Virus record (IMG/VR): IMGVR_UViG_3300013939_000002
Location: 1 to 64,000 of that record
Direction: 5' to 3' (one strand)
Origin: a virus
DNA: 64,000 nucleotides
Shown here: piece after piece, positions 19,012 to 28,507 of the stretch
Numbering within the stretch: position 1 is the stretch's first letter
How the letters are laid out: every line of letters begins with the position of its first letter
The notes under the pieces: model-generated
Told to the model about the DNA's origin: nothing
Database searches by the model: none
What the model saw: the letters and a program-made list of their open reading frames with translations, nothing else
Translations under genes and position numbers: made by a program

Positions 19012-20100
19012 TTGGCAGTTTTTAATTATGAGAATACACAACGTCATGAAGGCTATTACCCGTTGTTTTTGGGACAAGAACCTTCTGTTCATGACAGCAT
19101 TAATGTTAGTTATCCACAAATTTTCCAACTGTACAAAAAACTAAAAAGTATTGATTGGGATGAGAACGAAGTTGATTTGCAACAATCACGTTTTGATTTT
19201 GAGAACTGTTCAAAAAACCAGTATGAAGTTATGATTCGGACTTTAAGTTATCAGTGGGAATTGGACAGTATCGCTTCTCGTTCTATTGCACCTTTGCTAG
19301 CACCTTTTATTTCTAACAGTGAATATTGGGCTGCAATTTCATATGTATCACAAAATGAAGTGTTGCATAGTCTGACGTACTCCGAAATTGGTCGTCAGTG
19401 CTTCAAAAACCCAGAAGTATTGTTTGCAGAAGTAGAGAAAAAAGAAGTAACAGAACGTGGTTATGATTTCGGAACAGTATTCAAAGATTTGGAACAACTT
19501 GGAGCTAAGTATAATTTAGGTCTAGTTGATAAAAATGACCCGATTGTAAAAGAAACTATTGCAAAAACATTGATTGCATTGTATGCTCTTGAGGGTATTA
19601 GTTTCATGTCTAGTTTTGCTTGTACTTTTGCTTTAGCACAACAAGATTTGTTCTTGGGTGTTGCAAAGTTGGTTCAGAAGATTATGATTGATGAAGCTGT
19701 GCATGTGCAGTTAGATAAGACAGTTATTGACATTTTGAAAAATGATCCAGAATGGCGTAACGTATTTGAGTCTCTGAAAGATTGGAGCAAAAGTTATATT
19801 GACAAGATTGTTCATCGTGAGTTAACATGGAATAAGTCACTATTTGATGAAGGTCGTAGTCTCATTGGTTTGAATTGCACTTTATTGGATGAATGGGTAT
19901 TGTGGTCAGCAAAACCATTATACCTTGATTTAGGAATCAAAAGTGATTATGATTTCCCTGCTGTAAACCCTCTGCCGTGGATGGATGATTGGATGAACAT
20001 TGACTCCTATCAAGTTGCTGCGCAGGAAACTACAGTTACTAATTATGTGTTGAATGCAACACGCGATGATTTGGGTGATGAAGAACTCGATTTTATTTAA
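19012..20100 (+). CDS. nrdB: ribonucleotide reductase class Ia small subunit
   Basis: TTG start after GAGGAGAAAAGAA; di-iron/tyrosyl pattern (EVLHSLTYSEI, LEGISFMSSF, DEAVHV). Confidence 0.95.
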   Translation: MAVFNYENTQRHEGYYPLFLGQEPSVHDSINVSYPQIFQLYKKLKSIDWDENEVDLQQSRFDFENCSKNQYEVMIRTLSYQWELDSIASRSIAPLLAPFISNSEYWAAISYVSQNEVLHSLTYSEIGRQCFKNPEVLFAEVEKKEVTERGYDFGTVFKDLEQLGAKYNLGLVDKNDPIVKETIAKTLIALYALEGISFMSSFACTFALAQQDLFLGVAKLVQKIMIDEAVHVQLDKTVIDILKNDPEWRNVFESLKDWSKSYIDKIVHRELTWNKSLFDEGRSLIGLNCTLLDEWVLWSAKPLYLDLGIKSDYDFPAVNPLPWMDDWMNIDSYQVAAQETTVTNYVLNATRDDLGDEELDFI

Positions 20101-20112
20101 AGGAGAAAAGAA

Positions 20113-20379
20113 TTGACAGATCTAGTTAAACCAATTGGAACTTATATTGTATATGGTTCAGACAACTGTCAGAATTGCAAAGTTGCTGTTAGCATTCTAA
20201 ATCAAAAGAACAAACCGTTTATTTATAAGAAGTTTGGTGAAGATTATCAAATTGAAGAACTTGAAGAGTTGTTGCCTGTTCCCAACCGAACAATCCCACA
20301 GATTTTCAATATCGGAGAAGGAAATGTTTTGGAATATGTAGGAATCTTGCCAGATTTGATTAAACGTTTGAAAGATTGA
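20113..20379 (+). CDS. glutaredoxin/NrdH-like redoxin
   Basis: TTG start after AAGGAGAAAAGAA; CQNC active site near N-terminus; adjacent to nrdAB. Confidence 0.8.
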   Translation: MTDLVKPIGTYIVYGSDNCQNCKVAVSILNQKNKPFIYKKFGEDYQIEELEELLPVPNRTIPQIFNIGEGNVLEYVGILPDLIKRLKD

Positions 20380-20407
20380 TTTCGATCAAGAGATAAAAGA
20401 GATTAAG

Positions 20408-20455
20408 TGATATAATATAAACTCCACAGAACAAGAGGCTCTGTTTTAGAGCCTC
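20408..20455 (+). promoter_or_regulatory. extended -10 promoter (TGaTATAAT) plus leader hairpin upstream of nrdD
   Basis: TG 20408-09, TATAAT 20411-16; hairpin GAGGCTC-tgtttta-GAGCCTC 20435-20455 with no U-tract. Confidence 0.5.
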
Positions 20456-20474
20456 ATAAAACAAAGGAGAAAAT

Positions 20475-22837
20475 GTGAGTATTAGTGTAATTAATAAACA
20501 CGGAAATATTAATGGTTGGAGTGACCAGAAAATTTATAATGCTGTAAATAAAGCAGCAGAACGAGTCAACAAGCGACTATCAGAAACAGAGTTACAAACT
20601 TTACGCGAATCAGTTAAATCTAAAGTTTCATCAGAGATTCATGTTTCTAATCTGCACAACATTGTTTCTCAGACATTAATTCAATTGGGATACAAAGATA
20701 TTGCTGAATCTTACATGGCTTATCGAAACTATAAAACTAATTTTGTTAAGTTGTTAGACGATTTATATCAGAAGGCACACACACAGCAATTACACACGGG
20801 GATAAAGAGAATGCTAATTTTGAGTCATCTCTTATCTCAACAAAACAAGCATTGATTCGGGGATATTTAACCAAAGAACTTTATAAACTTCACTATTTAA
20901 CAAAAGAAGAACGGGAAGCTATTGAAACTGGTTTCATATATTTTCACGATTTGCGCGACCTAATTTTTAACGGTTTTAACTGCTGCCTTTTGATATGGGT
21001 AATGTTTTGAATGGTGGTTTTGAGATGGCTAATCTCAAATATTCAGAACCCTCTAATGTTTTAAGTTGTTTGCAAGTTATTGGAGATGTAACTTTATCAG
21101 CTTCAGCACAATCTTTTGGTGGGTTCACAATCCCAGATATTGATAAAATTCTAGTTCCTTATATTAAGAAATCCATTGTTCGTTATGGGAAAGAAGCTGT
21201 TGATTTCGGAATTGATAATCCATATAAGTATGCGTTATACAAAACAAACAATGACCTAGAACAAGGCTTCCAAAGTCTTGAAATGAAGTTGAACAGTGTA
21301 ACAAGTAGTCGTGGCGACTATAGTTTTGTAACGTTAACTTTTGGTAATCTTGATGTCCCTGATGATCGTCAATATCAGGTCATGGCTTGTAAAGCAATCT
21401 TGAAAAATCGCAAACGTGATAACCCTGTTGTTTTTCCAAAACTGGTGCATTTGTTTAGTTGGGAACAATACGAAAATGTTCCAGAAGCAGCAGAATTATT
21501 TGATTTATGTATTGACTGTTCTTGTAAAGCATTGTATCCAGACTATTTAGCAATTGATACAGTAGGGAAAGTTGCAGAAGCATATAAAAAGAGCAAAAAA
21601 GTAATAAGTCCGATGGGCGAACTATAATACAAAGTCGCGTGATTACCCATCTAAAACCTATCTAAAACGGGAACCTCTCTGAAATGAGACAATCCGTTGC
21701 TAAATGGATAAAATCCTAAATGCCCAACGACTAACCGTGATGAGTGTAGCGGTGTAGGACAGAAGCTAATGCTGTTCCAAATGGTAGGCCATAACAATAA
21801 AAGTTATGGAAGATATAGTCTGATCTGCATGGTGACATGCAGCAGTTCATTAGAGAACGGGAGAGGCCTTGCGAACCTCTCTGAACAAAATGTGTCGCGC
21901 ATTCCTGTCTGAATTTTCAGATGAAAACGGAGAAATATTCTTTACAGGTAGAGCAAACATAGGCGCTGCTTCTTTGAATCTTCCTATGATTTATATGAAA
22001 GCCTTAGAAGAAAACCTTGATTTTTATGAAACATTGGATTATTATTTAAACCTGATTCGGGAGTTTTTGAAGAAACGTTATGTTGCGGTTGCAAACAACA
22101 AAGCCAGCACCAATCCTTTGTGTTTCACACAAGGTGGTCTTGCAGGTGGAAACCTAAAACCAGACGAAAAGATTGGTGATATTGTTAAAAGTTTTACAGC
22201 TTCTTTTGGTATCACTGCTTTAAACGAACTGAATTATCTGCACGAGCAGAAACAGTTGCACGAATCAGATAAACGTTTTGTTAATGAAGTTATTGATTTC
22301 ATTTCTGAACGTGTAGAGACTTTCAAGAAAGAAGATGGACATCTTTATGCATTGTATGGAGTTCCTGCTGAATCGCTTGCTGGAACACAGCGCGAACAGT
22401 TTGTAGCTAAGTATGGCATTATTAAAGGTGTTTCAGATAAAGCATACTTTAGCAACAGTTTTCACTGTCATGTAACAGCAGAGATTTCACCATTTGAGAA
22501 ACAAGACCAAGAATATGAATTGTTCCATAAAATTAACGGTGGGCATATTCAATATACACGAGTAGATACAACAAAACCAAATGTCGTTAAGGGAATTGTT
22601 CTTCGTGGCATGAGTATGGGATTCTATTCTGGAATCAATGCCAATAAATGTTTCTGTGAAGATTGTGGTTGGTCGCCAGAAAAGGATATTGAAGTTGATA
22701 AATGTGAAAACTGTGGTAGTCTAAATATTCTTGAAATTAACCGAGTTTCAGGCTATCTTGGTTATTCAAAACAAAAACAAAACACACGTTTCAATGATGC
22801 TAAAATGGCAGAATTGAAAGATCGTATTAGTATGTAA
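20475..22837 (+). pseudogene. nrdD: anaerobic ribonucleotide reductase NrdD: three frames in exon 1 (two apparent frameshifts) plus a group I intron
   Basis: ATP-cone (20475-), DKENAN...FIYFHDLRD...NCCL in a second frame, MGNVLNGGFE...ISPMG in a third (to 21618), exon 2 CRAFLSEF... to the C-terminal CxxC...CxxC and RVSGYLG glycyl-radical region. Confidence 0.85.
21619..21892 (+). ncRNA. group I (T4 td/nrdD-like, IA2-type) self-splicing intron, no internal ORF
   Basis: Splits ISPMG|CRAFL; contains CTATCTAAAACGGGAACCTCTCTGAAATGAGACAATCCGTTGCTAAAT and ATATAGTCTGA..ATGGTGACATGCAGC..CTGAACAAAATG, near-matches to the T4 td intron core; ends in G. Boundaries +/- a few nt. Confidence 0.85.
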
Positions 22838-22850
22838 GGAGCTTATATAG

Positions 22851-23126
22851 ATGTGTAAATGTAATTCAGAAATTAGATCTCCATTTTGTGAAAATTGTGC
22901 ACCCAAGACATCAGGACGAATTGAACAACAAATCTCAGGTTCAACAGGAGTTTATGTTTTCTACGCACCTTCCGAGTTGCTACAGTCTGAAAAAGGTATG
23001 GAAGTACTAGAAGATATGATTAAAGATGTAAAAGCTGTTGCAAATGGAAAGCAACAATACATGCTACTTCCTTCAGAAGTTTATCCTGAAGGTGCTCGTA
23101 AATTTGAACTGTGTAAAATTGCATAA
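22851..23126 (+). CDS. hypothetical protein with N-terminal Cys4 cluster
   Basis: Track ORF; CKC...CENC; not a radical-SAM CxxxCxxC, so not NrdG. Confidence 0.6.
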   Translation: MCKCNSEIRSPFCENCAPKTSGRIEQQISGSTGVYVFYAPSELLQSEKGMEVLEDMIKDVKAVANGKQQYMLLPSEVYPEGARKFELCKIA

Positions 23127-23139
23127 TAGGAGAAAATAG

Positions 23140-23286
23140 ATGTCTAAGAAAGCTAGCAAAAAACTGTATAATCGTGAACTGAGCAAAGCCCTGAAAGAAC
23201 GTTGCAAACCAACTCGTCAACGCAAACAGAAAAGCAAAGAACACGAATTGTTTGAAATGATTGATAATGGTCTTGACAATCTGTAA
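23140..23286 (+). CDS. small basic hypothetical protein (48 aa)
   Basis: ATG 23140 after TAGGAGAAAATAG; TAA 23284-86. Confidence 0.45.
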   Translation: MSKKASKKLYNRELSKALKERCKPTRQRKQKSKEHELFEMIDNGLDNL

Positions 23287-23308
23287 AAACAAAGTAGACT
23301 AAAATAAA

Positions 23309-23328
23309 GGGAGACATCTTTGTCTCCC
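23309..23328 (+). terminator. stem-loop, possible terminator
   Basis: GGGAGACA-tctt-TGTCTCCC; weak U-tract. Confidence 0.45.
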
Positions 23329-23348
23329 GTTAACCAAGAGGAACAATA

Positions 23349-23753
23349 ATGCCAGATAAACAGTGGATTCGTGATTTTGCAACTGAACGTTATGAACTGG
23401 TTTTGCGAAATTCTAAAATTGAATTAACAGAAACAGAACAAGTTGTTCAAGGTGTTTATGAAGGCCTTGAAACAAAACGAGGTCGCACACAAGAAACACC
23501 GGAATATAAAAACATGAAACAGTTTCTAAAGAACCTTAAAGACCAAGTAGAACTTCAAGAATCAGAAGATTTTAAGAATTTCTATATTGAACGTGTTGTG
23601 CAACATATGGAAGGTCTTTCTCCTTTTACACTTGAATATCTTTACAATATTCGCGTAGCTGATAAAGAGTTGGCTAAAGTAGAAGAAGATTTATTTGGAG
23701 ATGTTTCTGATTACTTGCAAGTTGCAACAGGTTCAGTTAAGTTTGATGCATAA
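23349..23753 (+). CDS. hypothetical protein
   Basis: Track ORF; AAGAGGAACAATA RBS. Confidence 0.65.
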   Translation: MPDKQWIRDFATERYELVLRNSKIELTETEQVVQGVYEGLETKRGRTQETPEYKNMKQFLKNLKDQVELQESEDFKNFYIERVVQHMEGLSPFTLEYLYNIRVADKELAKVEEDLFGDVSDYLQVATGSVKFDA

Positions 23754-23763
23754 GAGGTAAAAC

Positions 23764-24183
23764 ATGGGTTTTAAATTATCTAATCGCAGTTTGAGTCGCC
23801 TTGAAGGTGTCAACCAAGATTTAGTTAAGGTTGTTAAACGTGCTATTGAAATCTCAGAAGTAGATTTTATGGTTGTTGAAGGATTGCGCACCCTAGAACG
23901 ACAAAAACAGCTTTATGCGCAAGGTCGAACAACCGCAGGGAAGGTTGTAACATGGACAATGAAATCTAAACACATTGATGGTTTGGCTGTAGATATTGCA
24001 CCGTGCAATCCAGATGGTAGTATCGATTGGAACACACATAGCAAATTTGATAAAATGTCAAAAGCTATGTTTGAAGCAGCTAAAGAGCTTGGTGTCAAGA
24101 TCCGTTGGGGCAAAGATTGGAACATGAACGGAATTGCAGGTGAGAAAGGAGAAACAGATTCTCCGCATTTTGAACTTGCATAA
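23764..24183 (+). CDS. peptidase M15 (L-alanyl-D-glutamate endopeptidase-type) endolysin
   Basis: EGLRTLERQKQLYAQGRT, SKHIDGLAVDI and SPHFEL give the VanY/M15 zinc ligand pattern (H, D, H). Confidence 0.85.
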   Translation: MGFKLSNRSLSRLEGVNQDLVKVVKRAIEISEVDFMVVEGLRTLERQKQLYAQGRTTAGKVVTWTMKSKHIDGLAVDIAPCNPDGSIDWNTHSKFDKMSKAMFEAAKELGVKIRWGKDWNMNGIAGEKGETDSPHFELA

Positions 24184-24211
24184 AATTTAAGTTGTGCTAT
24201 ATTTAAATTAA

Positions 24212-24237
24212 AGGTGGTTGTTGGAACCACCTCTTTA
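24212..24237 (+). terminator. stem-loop terminator (moderate)
   Basis: AGGTGGTT-gttgg-AACCACCT then CTTTA. Confidence 0.5.
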
Positions 24238-24251
24238 GAGGAGAAACAAAG

Positions 24252-24359
24252 ATGAAAAATCATATTAATTATTTTGATCAACAAGATTTGAAAGAATATT
24301 TGCATCATATTCAGAATCAGATTTTTATGTCTGATTATTTAGAACTATTGGATAACTAA
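24252..24359 (+). CDS. small hypothetical protein (35 aa)
   Basis: ATG 24252 after AGAGGAGAAACAAAG. Confidence 0.35.
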   Translation: MKNHINYFDQQDLKEYLHHIQNQIFMSDYLELLDN

Positions 24360-24369
24360 GGATTCAATT

Positions 24370-24564
24370 ATGGCAGAACAAGAACATAAGCCTTGCATTA
24401 ATTGTGAATGTATTCTGCAAGTCAACGAAGAAGGCCTCTGCAACGAATGTGCTTATAAAGCAGAAGTTAAACAAGAAAACAAACGTTTCCTATTAATTGC
24501 TGTTATTGTTTTGTTCTTGTTTGCTGTTGTTAAAAGCCTAGAAATCTATTTTTCATTAGGATAA
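24370..24564 (+). CDS. tail-anchored membrane protein with N-terminal zinc ribbon (possible lysis accessory)
   Basis: CINC...CNEC then C-terminal TM FLLIAVIVLFLFAVV; near the endolysin. Confidence 0.55.
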   Translation: MAEQEHKPCINCECILQVNEEGLCNECAYKAEVKQENKRFLLIAVIVLFLFAVVKSLEIYFSLG

Positions 24565-24567
24565 CGT

Positions 24568-24900
24568 ATGGAGAAACAAAGAGAAAAGAGCATTCGTTTT
24601 GAATTAGAATTATTAAGCAACTTTGAAGGTTTATCTATCTCTGAAGAAGATATTGAAAGTATTGTTTCTGAAGTTGATAGTTTAAACTTGCCTTATGGTT
24701 TAGACATTTATTATAGTCTGTATGTTGCAGTTAATGGTTTCATGAATCCTGTTCTTAAATGGTTTAATAATTGTGACCATAACAAACCGATTGAAGATAA
24801 TTTAATTTATCTTTATACCAAAGATGCTTATAGTTTTAATTATGATGAACTTAATGCTTATATTCTGAAACGCAGTTTGATGTATTGTGTTCCATTTTAA
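24568..24900 (+). CDS. hypothetical protein
   Basis: Track ORF. Confidence 0.6.
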   Translation: MEKQREKSIRFELELLSNFEGLSISEEDIESIVSEVDSLNLPYGLDIYYSLYVAVNGFMNPVLKWFNNCDHNKPIEDNLIYLYTKDAYSFNYDELNAYILKRSLMYCVPF

Positions 24901-24924
24901 CCAGACACAAAGGAGATGTTAAAT

Positions 24925-25707
24925 ATGGCTGGACGTAATCGCCAATCGATCCAAGAACGCCGTCGTGAAAAGAAAGAAGGGAAGACACGGCAGGAAATTC
25001 AACCTGCCAAATATCAAGAGGAACGCAAAGCACGTATTATTCCACTAACAGCAAAGAATGAACATCAACGTGAAGCATTGCGAGCATTTGCAGATAAACA
25101 GTTTATTGTTTTATCAGGAAGTGCTGGTTCAGGAAAAACAACACTTGCAATCTGGCACGCCTGCAAACAATTCTTGGAAGGAAATGTAGATAATATTATC
25201 TTAACGCGAGGTGAAAAAGGATTAGGCGCTACACCTCCTGTTCCGGGAAATGATACAGAAAAGATGTTAACAATGTGCCTTCCGATGCTATTGAAAATGA
25301 AACAATATCTTGGTGTTGGGATTCTGAAAAACAATTTGAAAGTAGACCATGCAGATTTCTTGTTCAATGAAGTTAGTGGTTTTATGGTTGTCCCAATGGC
25401 AAAGATGGGCGGTATGAGTTTTGATGAACGCACTATTGTAATTGCTGATGAAACACAAGCCTCAGATATTCCTCAGATGAAAGCATTGTGCACACGCCCA
25501 GAAGGTGGTTGCCAAGTTATTGTTTGTGGTGATACAACTCAAACACCACATAAAAACAAAGAAAATGGTTTGCAGTATATTGAACGAAAACTAACAGAAC
25601 ATCCATATGAAGGTAGCGCAGTTATTAAGTTTACACCGGATGATAACTGCCGTGAGGGTTTCACAGAACATATTACACGAATCTTTGAAGAAGATGGTAT
25701 TTGGTAA
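24925..25707 (+). CDS. phoH: PhoH-like ATPase
   Basis: ATG 24925 nine nt after AAAGGAG; Walker A SGSAGSGKTTLA, Walker B IVIADETQ. Confidence 0.9.
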   Translation: MAGRNRQSIQERRREKKEGKTRQEIQPAKYQEERKARIIPLTAKNEHQREALRAFADKQFIVLSGSAGSGKTTLAIWHACKQFLEGNVDNIILTRGEKGLGATPPVPGNDTEKMLTMCLPMLLKMKQYLGVGILKNNLKVDHADFLFNEVSGFMVVPMAKMGGMSFDERTIVIADETQASDIPQMKALCTRPEGGCQVIVCGDTTQTPHKNKENGLQYIERKLTEHPYEGSAVIKFTPDDNCREGFTEHITRIFEEDGIW

Positions 25708-25726
25708 CATTAGAAACAATCGTTGA

Positions 25727-25751
25727 AGGTGGCCTTGTGCCACCTTTTATT
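25727..25751 (+). terminator. rho-independent terminator
   Basis: AGGTGGC-cttgt-GCCACCT followed by TTTATT. Confidence 0.8.
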
Positions 25752-25769
25752 GTATAAGAGGAAAGAAAT

Positions 25770-25973
25770 ATGTTGACAGCTTTTGTCATTACAGGTACAG
25801 TGTTGGTATTGGTGTTTTATGTTGTAGCTTTAGTTCTTGCTTATCGGGTAGGTTGGGAACATGCACACCTTACAGTTGCAAAAGAATGTGAGACGCGAGG
25901 CAAATTCTTTGTTAAAAATAAAATTTATCATGTTGAAAAGACAGAGGAGTTTTATAATGAAAGACCTTTATGA
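25770..25973 (+). CDS. small membrane protein
   Basis: Track ORF; N-terminal TM LTAFVITGTVLVLVFYVVALVLA. Confidence 0.6.
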   Translation: MLTAFVITGTVLVLVFYVVALVLAYRVGWEHAHLTVAKECETRGKFFVKNKIYHVEKTEEFYNERPL

Positions 25974-26193
25974 GAAAGTATTCCTTATTAAAGATTGGTT
26001 TATCTTGTTTGCATTATCTAAAGAATTGTGGTACAACACCTCAGAAGATGGTAGAAATACAAATATTATTAGTTTATCTTTTGTTAAACTCAACCGACCA
26101 AACCAAAAAGAATATGCCAGACTATTATCTTTTGTGTTATTGAATTTGAATATCAAGATTGGCAAGATTGAACCAACTGAGAAGCTACAGTAA
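25957..26193 (+). CDS. hypothetical protein
   Basis: ATG 25957 after AGAGGAGTTTTATA; in frame with track ORF 25861..26193. Confidence 0.5.
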   Translation: MKDLYEKVFLIKDWFILFALSKELWYNTSEDGRNTNIISLSFVKLNRPNQKEYARLLSFVLLNLNIKIGKIEPTEKLQ

Positions 26194-26212
26194 TACTAAT
26201 TAGGAGAAAAGT

Positions 26213-26527
26213 ATGAAAGGTGTTTCTAAATACAACCCAAATGCTTATGTCGTCAAGGTTGCAACACCACAAGGAACAAAGTTGGGTTATTTCAACAACT
26301 CAGATATTATTACAGGAACAGATGATTCTCCTTTGTGTGTTATGAAAGATTTTAGCAGCAAGTGTTCCTATTTCTCTGAAGTGTTAACCGATGTTGTCCG
26401 AAAAGAACGATTTGAAGTTGGGGATCAACTGTGCCACGAAGGCCTATGTTATTTTGTTTTAGAAGTTGATGAAAAAGATGTTGACGTAGAATCAGAAAAG
26501 GTTTATAGTTATATTGTTGGTCGGTAA
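26213..26527 (+). CDS. hypothetical protein
   Basis: Track ORF; TAGGAGAAAAGT RBS. Confidence 0.6.
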   Translation: MKGVSKYNPNAYVVKVATPQGTKLGYFNNSDIITGTDDSPLCVMKDFSSKCSYFSEVLTDVVRKERFEVGDQLCHEGLCYFVLEVDEKDVDVESEKVYSYIVGR

Positions 26528-26567
26528 TGACCCAAATTGATAATTATAAATAACAGAGGAGAAGTAT

Positions 26568-27032
26568 ATGTACAGTTCTTACGGAAACACCAGAGTAGAA
26601 GTTCTACAGATTATGTTTGATGAAGGTTATTTTGACAGTTGCAATCTGTTCAATATTCTTGAAAGTTTTAACAATCTGAACAAACAGTTGTGGATTGAAC
26701 ATCAAATCAAAAACAATATTTTCTGGAAATTGTCTCGCAATGCACAATCCACATTGAAATTGCAATATGAGAAAAGTTTTCCAGATTGGAAATGTTTTAA
26801 GCGAGAAGCATATAACACAAATATCAACATGCTTTCAGGGCAAGATAAGGCAGACTTTGAAACAGTTGATAAGTTGTTAGCAAGCATTATGGTTTGCAAA
26901 CGTGTTTGTGAATTGCATCAGTTTACTGGTGGGAACCCAGTTCAAATTAGTTTTGAAGATATGCGAGCAATCAAATATGTTCTGCATCACAAAGATGATT
27001 TGGCTTATTTCCAATTTGAATTTAAAATTTAA
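26568..27032 (+). CDS. hypothetical protein
   Basis: Track ORF; AGAGGAGAAGTAT RBS. Confidence 0.65.
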   Translation: MYSSYGNTRVEVLQIMFDEGYFDSCNLFNILESFNNLNKQLWIEHQIKNNIFWKLSRNAQSTLKLQYEKSFPDWKCFKREAYNTNINMLSGQDKADFETVDKLLASIMVCKRVCELHQFTGGNPVQISFEDMRAIKYVLHHKDDLAYFQFEFKI

Positions 27033-27046
27033 TAAGGAGGTTATAA

Positions 27047-27604
27047 GTGACTTGCATTATCGCAATCAAAGATGAAAACGGAGATGTTTGGTTAGGTGGC
27101 GACAAGATGGGTAGCAACGGCAATACCCATCGAATCTATAAAGACCCTAAAGTATTCCAAATTGGTAATTTTGCTTTTGGTTACACAAGCAGCTTCTACA
27201 TGGGACAATTGTTAAAATATCACTGGACTCAACCAGTTCGAACAATGCATCAAACAGATGACGATGAATATATTTTCAAAGATGTTATGTTTTCATTAAA
27301 GAATTTGTTTGTTAAAAATAAATTTGGTATTGAACAAGACCCTAATTACCATGAAGGTCAGTTTGGAAATTTCCTTATGGTTTACAAAGGGCGCATTTTT
27401 GAAGTTCAGGGAAACATGAGTATTCTTGAGGTTGACTCATTTAACTCTGTTGGTTGTGGTGAACAAGTAGCCAAGGGTGCAGTTTCAGCATTATTGCTAA
27501 ACACAAACTTAAATTGTCATGATATTATTAAAGAAAGTATGTTTATTGTAAGCCAACACTCTTGCGGTGTTTCCGCAGAATGCGATATTATTAAATGTAA
27601 ATAG
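27047..27604 (+). CDS. HslV/proteasome-beta-like Ntn hydrolase, paralog 1
   Basis: GTG start after AAGGAGG; M-TCIIAIKDENGDVWLGGDKMGSNG parallels the HslV N-terminus [19 protein letters not shown]. Confidence 0.7.
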   Translation: MTCIIAIKDENGDVWLGGDKMGSNGNTHRIYKDPKVFQIGNFAFGYTSSFYMGQLLKYHWTQPVRTMHQTDDDEYIFKDVMFSLKNLFVKNKFGIEQDPNYHEGQFGNFLMVYKGRIFEVQGNMSILEVDSFNSVGCGEQVAKGAVSALLLNTNLNCHDIIKESMFIVSQHSCGVSAECDIIKCK

Positions 27605-27615
27605 GAGAGATTAAA

Positions 27616-28488
27616 GTGACGACAATTTGTTATGCAAATGGTGTTATGTCTGGGGATGGGTTGATGACCTTAGGTGATATGATCATCAAGGAAGATACAC
27701 AAAAAGTTTTCTGGGTTAATAATCACCTTTGTGGTATTTGTGGACGTGCTCGTGCTATAAATACATTTGTTGAATGGCTTCAGAAACACACAGACTATTC
27801 TATTGTTAACCAACAAGTAGGCGACTTAGTTGATTTGATTCCACCGCAGTTGGAAGACGATGATGGTTATAGTGCCTTGGTTGTTACACCAGATAAACAA
27901 GTTTTGCTCTATGAAGGCAACACACCAATCATGATGGGAACAGATGTTCCAATGTCAATTGGCAGTGGAAGTTGTTTTGCGTTAGCTGCAATGAAAGCTG
28001 GAAGTTCTGCTGAAGAAGCTGTTAAAGTTGCTATGTCGCTGGATGTCTATTCAGGAGGAACAATCTCAACTGTTGCTCTTGAAGAAGAACCAGAAGAATT
28101 GACACGAGAAGCAGCAGAACAGATGGACAAAGAAACATTGTTGAAAGTGTTGTTTGGCGAAGAGGAAGAATCAGAAGAGACTCCGGAGGAAGTTTCTGAA
28201 CAAGACGATGCTCCGTATGAAATGCACTTTGGTGACTACTCCTTTAGCACTGTTGATGGTAAAACATTTATGTTGAACCATGATAGGAATTTGGTTTGGG
28301 AGCTTTATGATAGTAAGTTCAACATCCGAGATTTTGAAGATATTTCAGATTGGAAAAAACTTGCTGAGAGTCTGGGTGTCAAAGGTGATGTTCGTCACGC
28401 TAAAACAAAACAAGTTATTATTGAAAAGCTGAATGAGTATTTGGAGAATTTCAAGAAAGATGTTCGTGATAACATCCCAAACTTCTAA
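27616..28488 (+). CDS. HslV-like Ntn hydrolase, paralog 2, with acidic linker and C-terminal extension
   Basis: GTG start; M-TTICYANGVMSGDGLMTLGDMIIKEDTQKV matches the HslV Thr1 N-terminus; EEEPEELTREAAEQ acidic stretch plus ~110 extra aa. Confidence 0.75.
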   Translation: MTTICYANGVMSGDGLMTLGDMIIKEDTQKVFWVNNHLCGICGRARAINTFVEWLQKHTDYSIVNQQVGDLVDLIPPQLEDDDGYSALVVTPDKQVLLYEGNTPIMMGTDVPMSIGSGSCFALAAMKAGSSAEEAVKVAMSLDVYSGGTISTVALEEEPEELTREAAEQMDKETLLKVLFGEEEESEETPEEVSEQDDAPYEMHFGDYSFSTVDGKTFMLNHDRNLVWELYDSKFNIRDFEDISDWKKLAESLGVKGDVRHAKTKQVIIEKLNEYLENFKKDVRDNIPNF

Positions 28489-28507
28489 ATAAGTTATAAC
28501 AGTGCCT

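Noticed and set aside
20995-22837. Track ORFs 20995..21627 and 21869..22837 as independent genes
   Set aside because: Their products are contiguous NrdD segments (ISPMG | CRAFL) separated by a group I intron. The Met-initiated N-terminal extensions are artefacts of ORF calling.
22851-23126. Cys-rich protein downstream of nrdD as the NrdG activase
   Set aside because: It has CxC...CxxC but no radical-SAM CxxxCxxC motif, and it is far too short and dissimilar.
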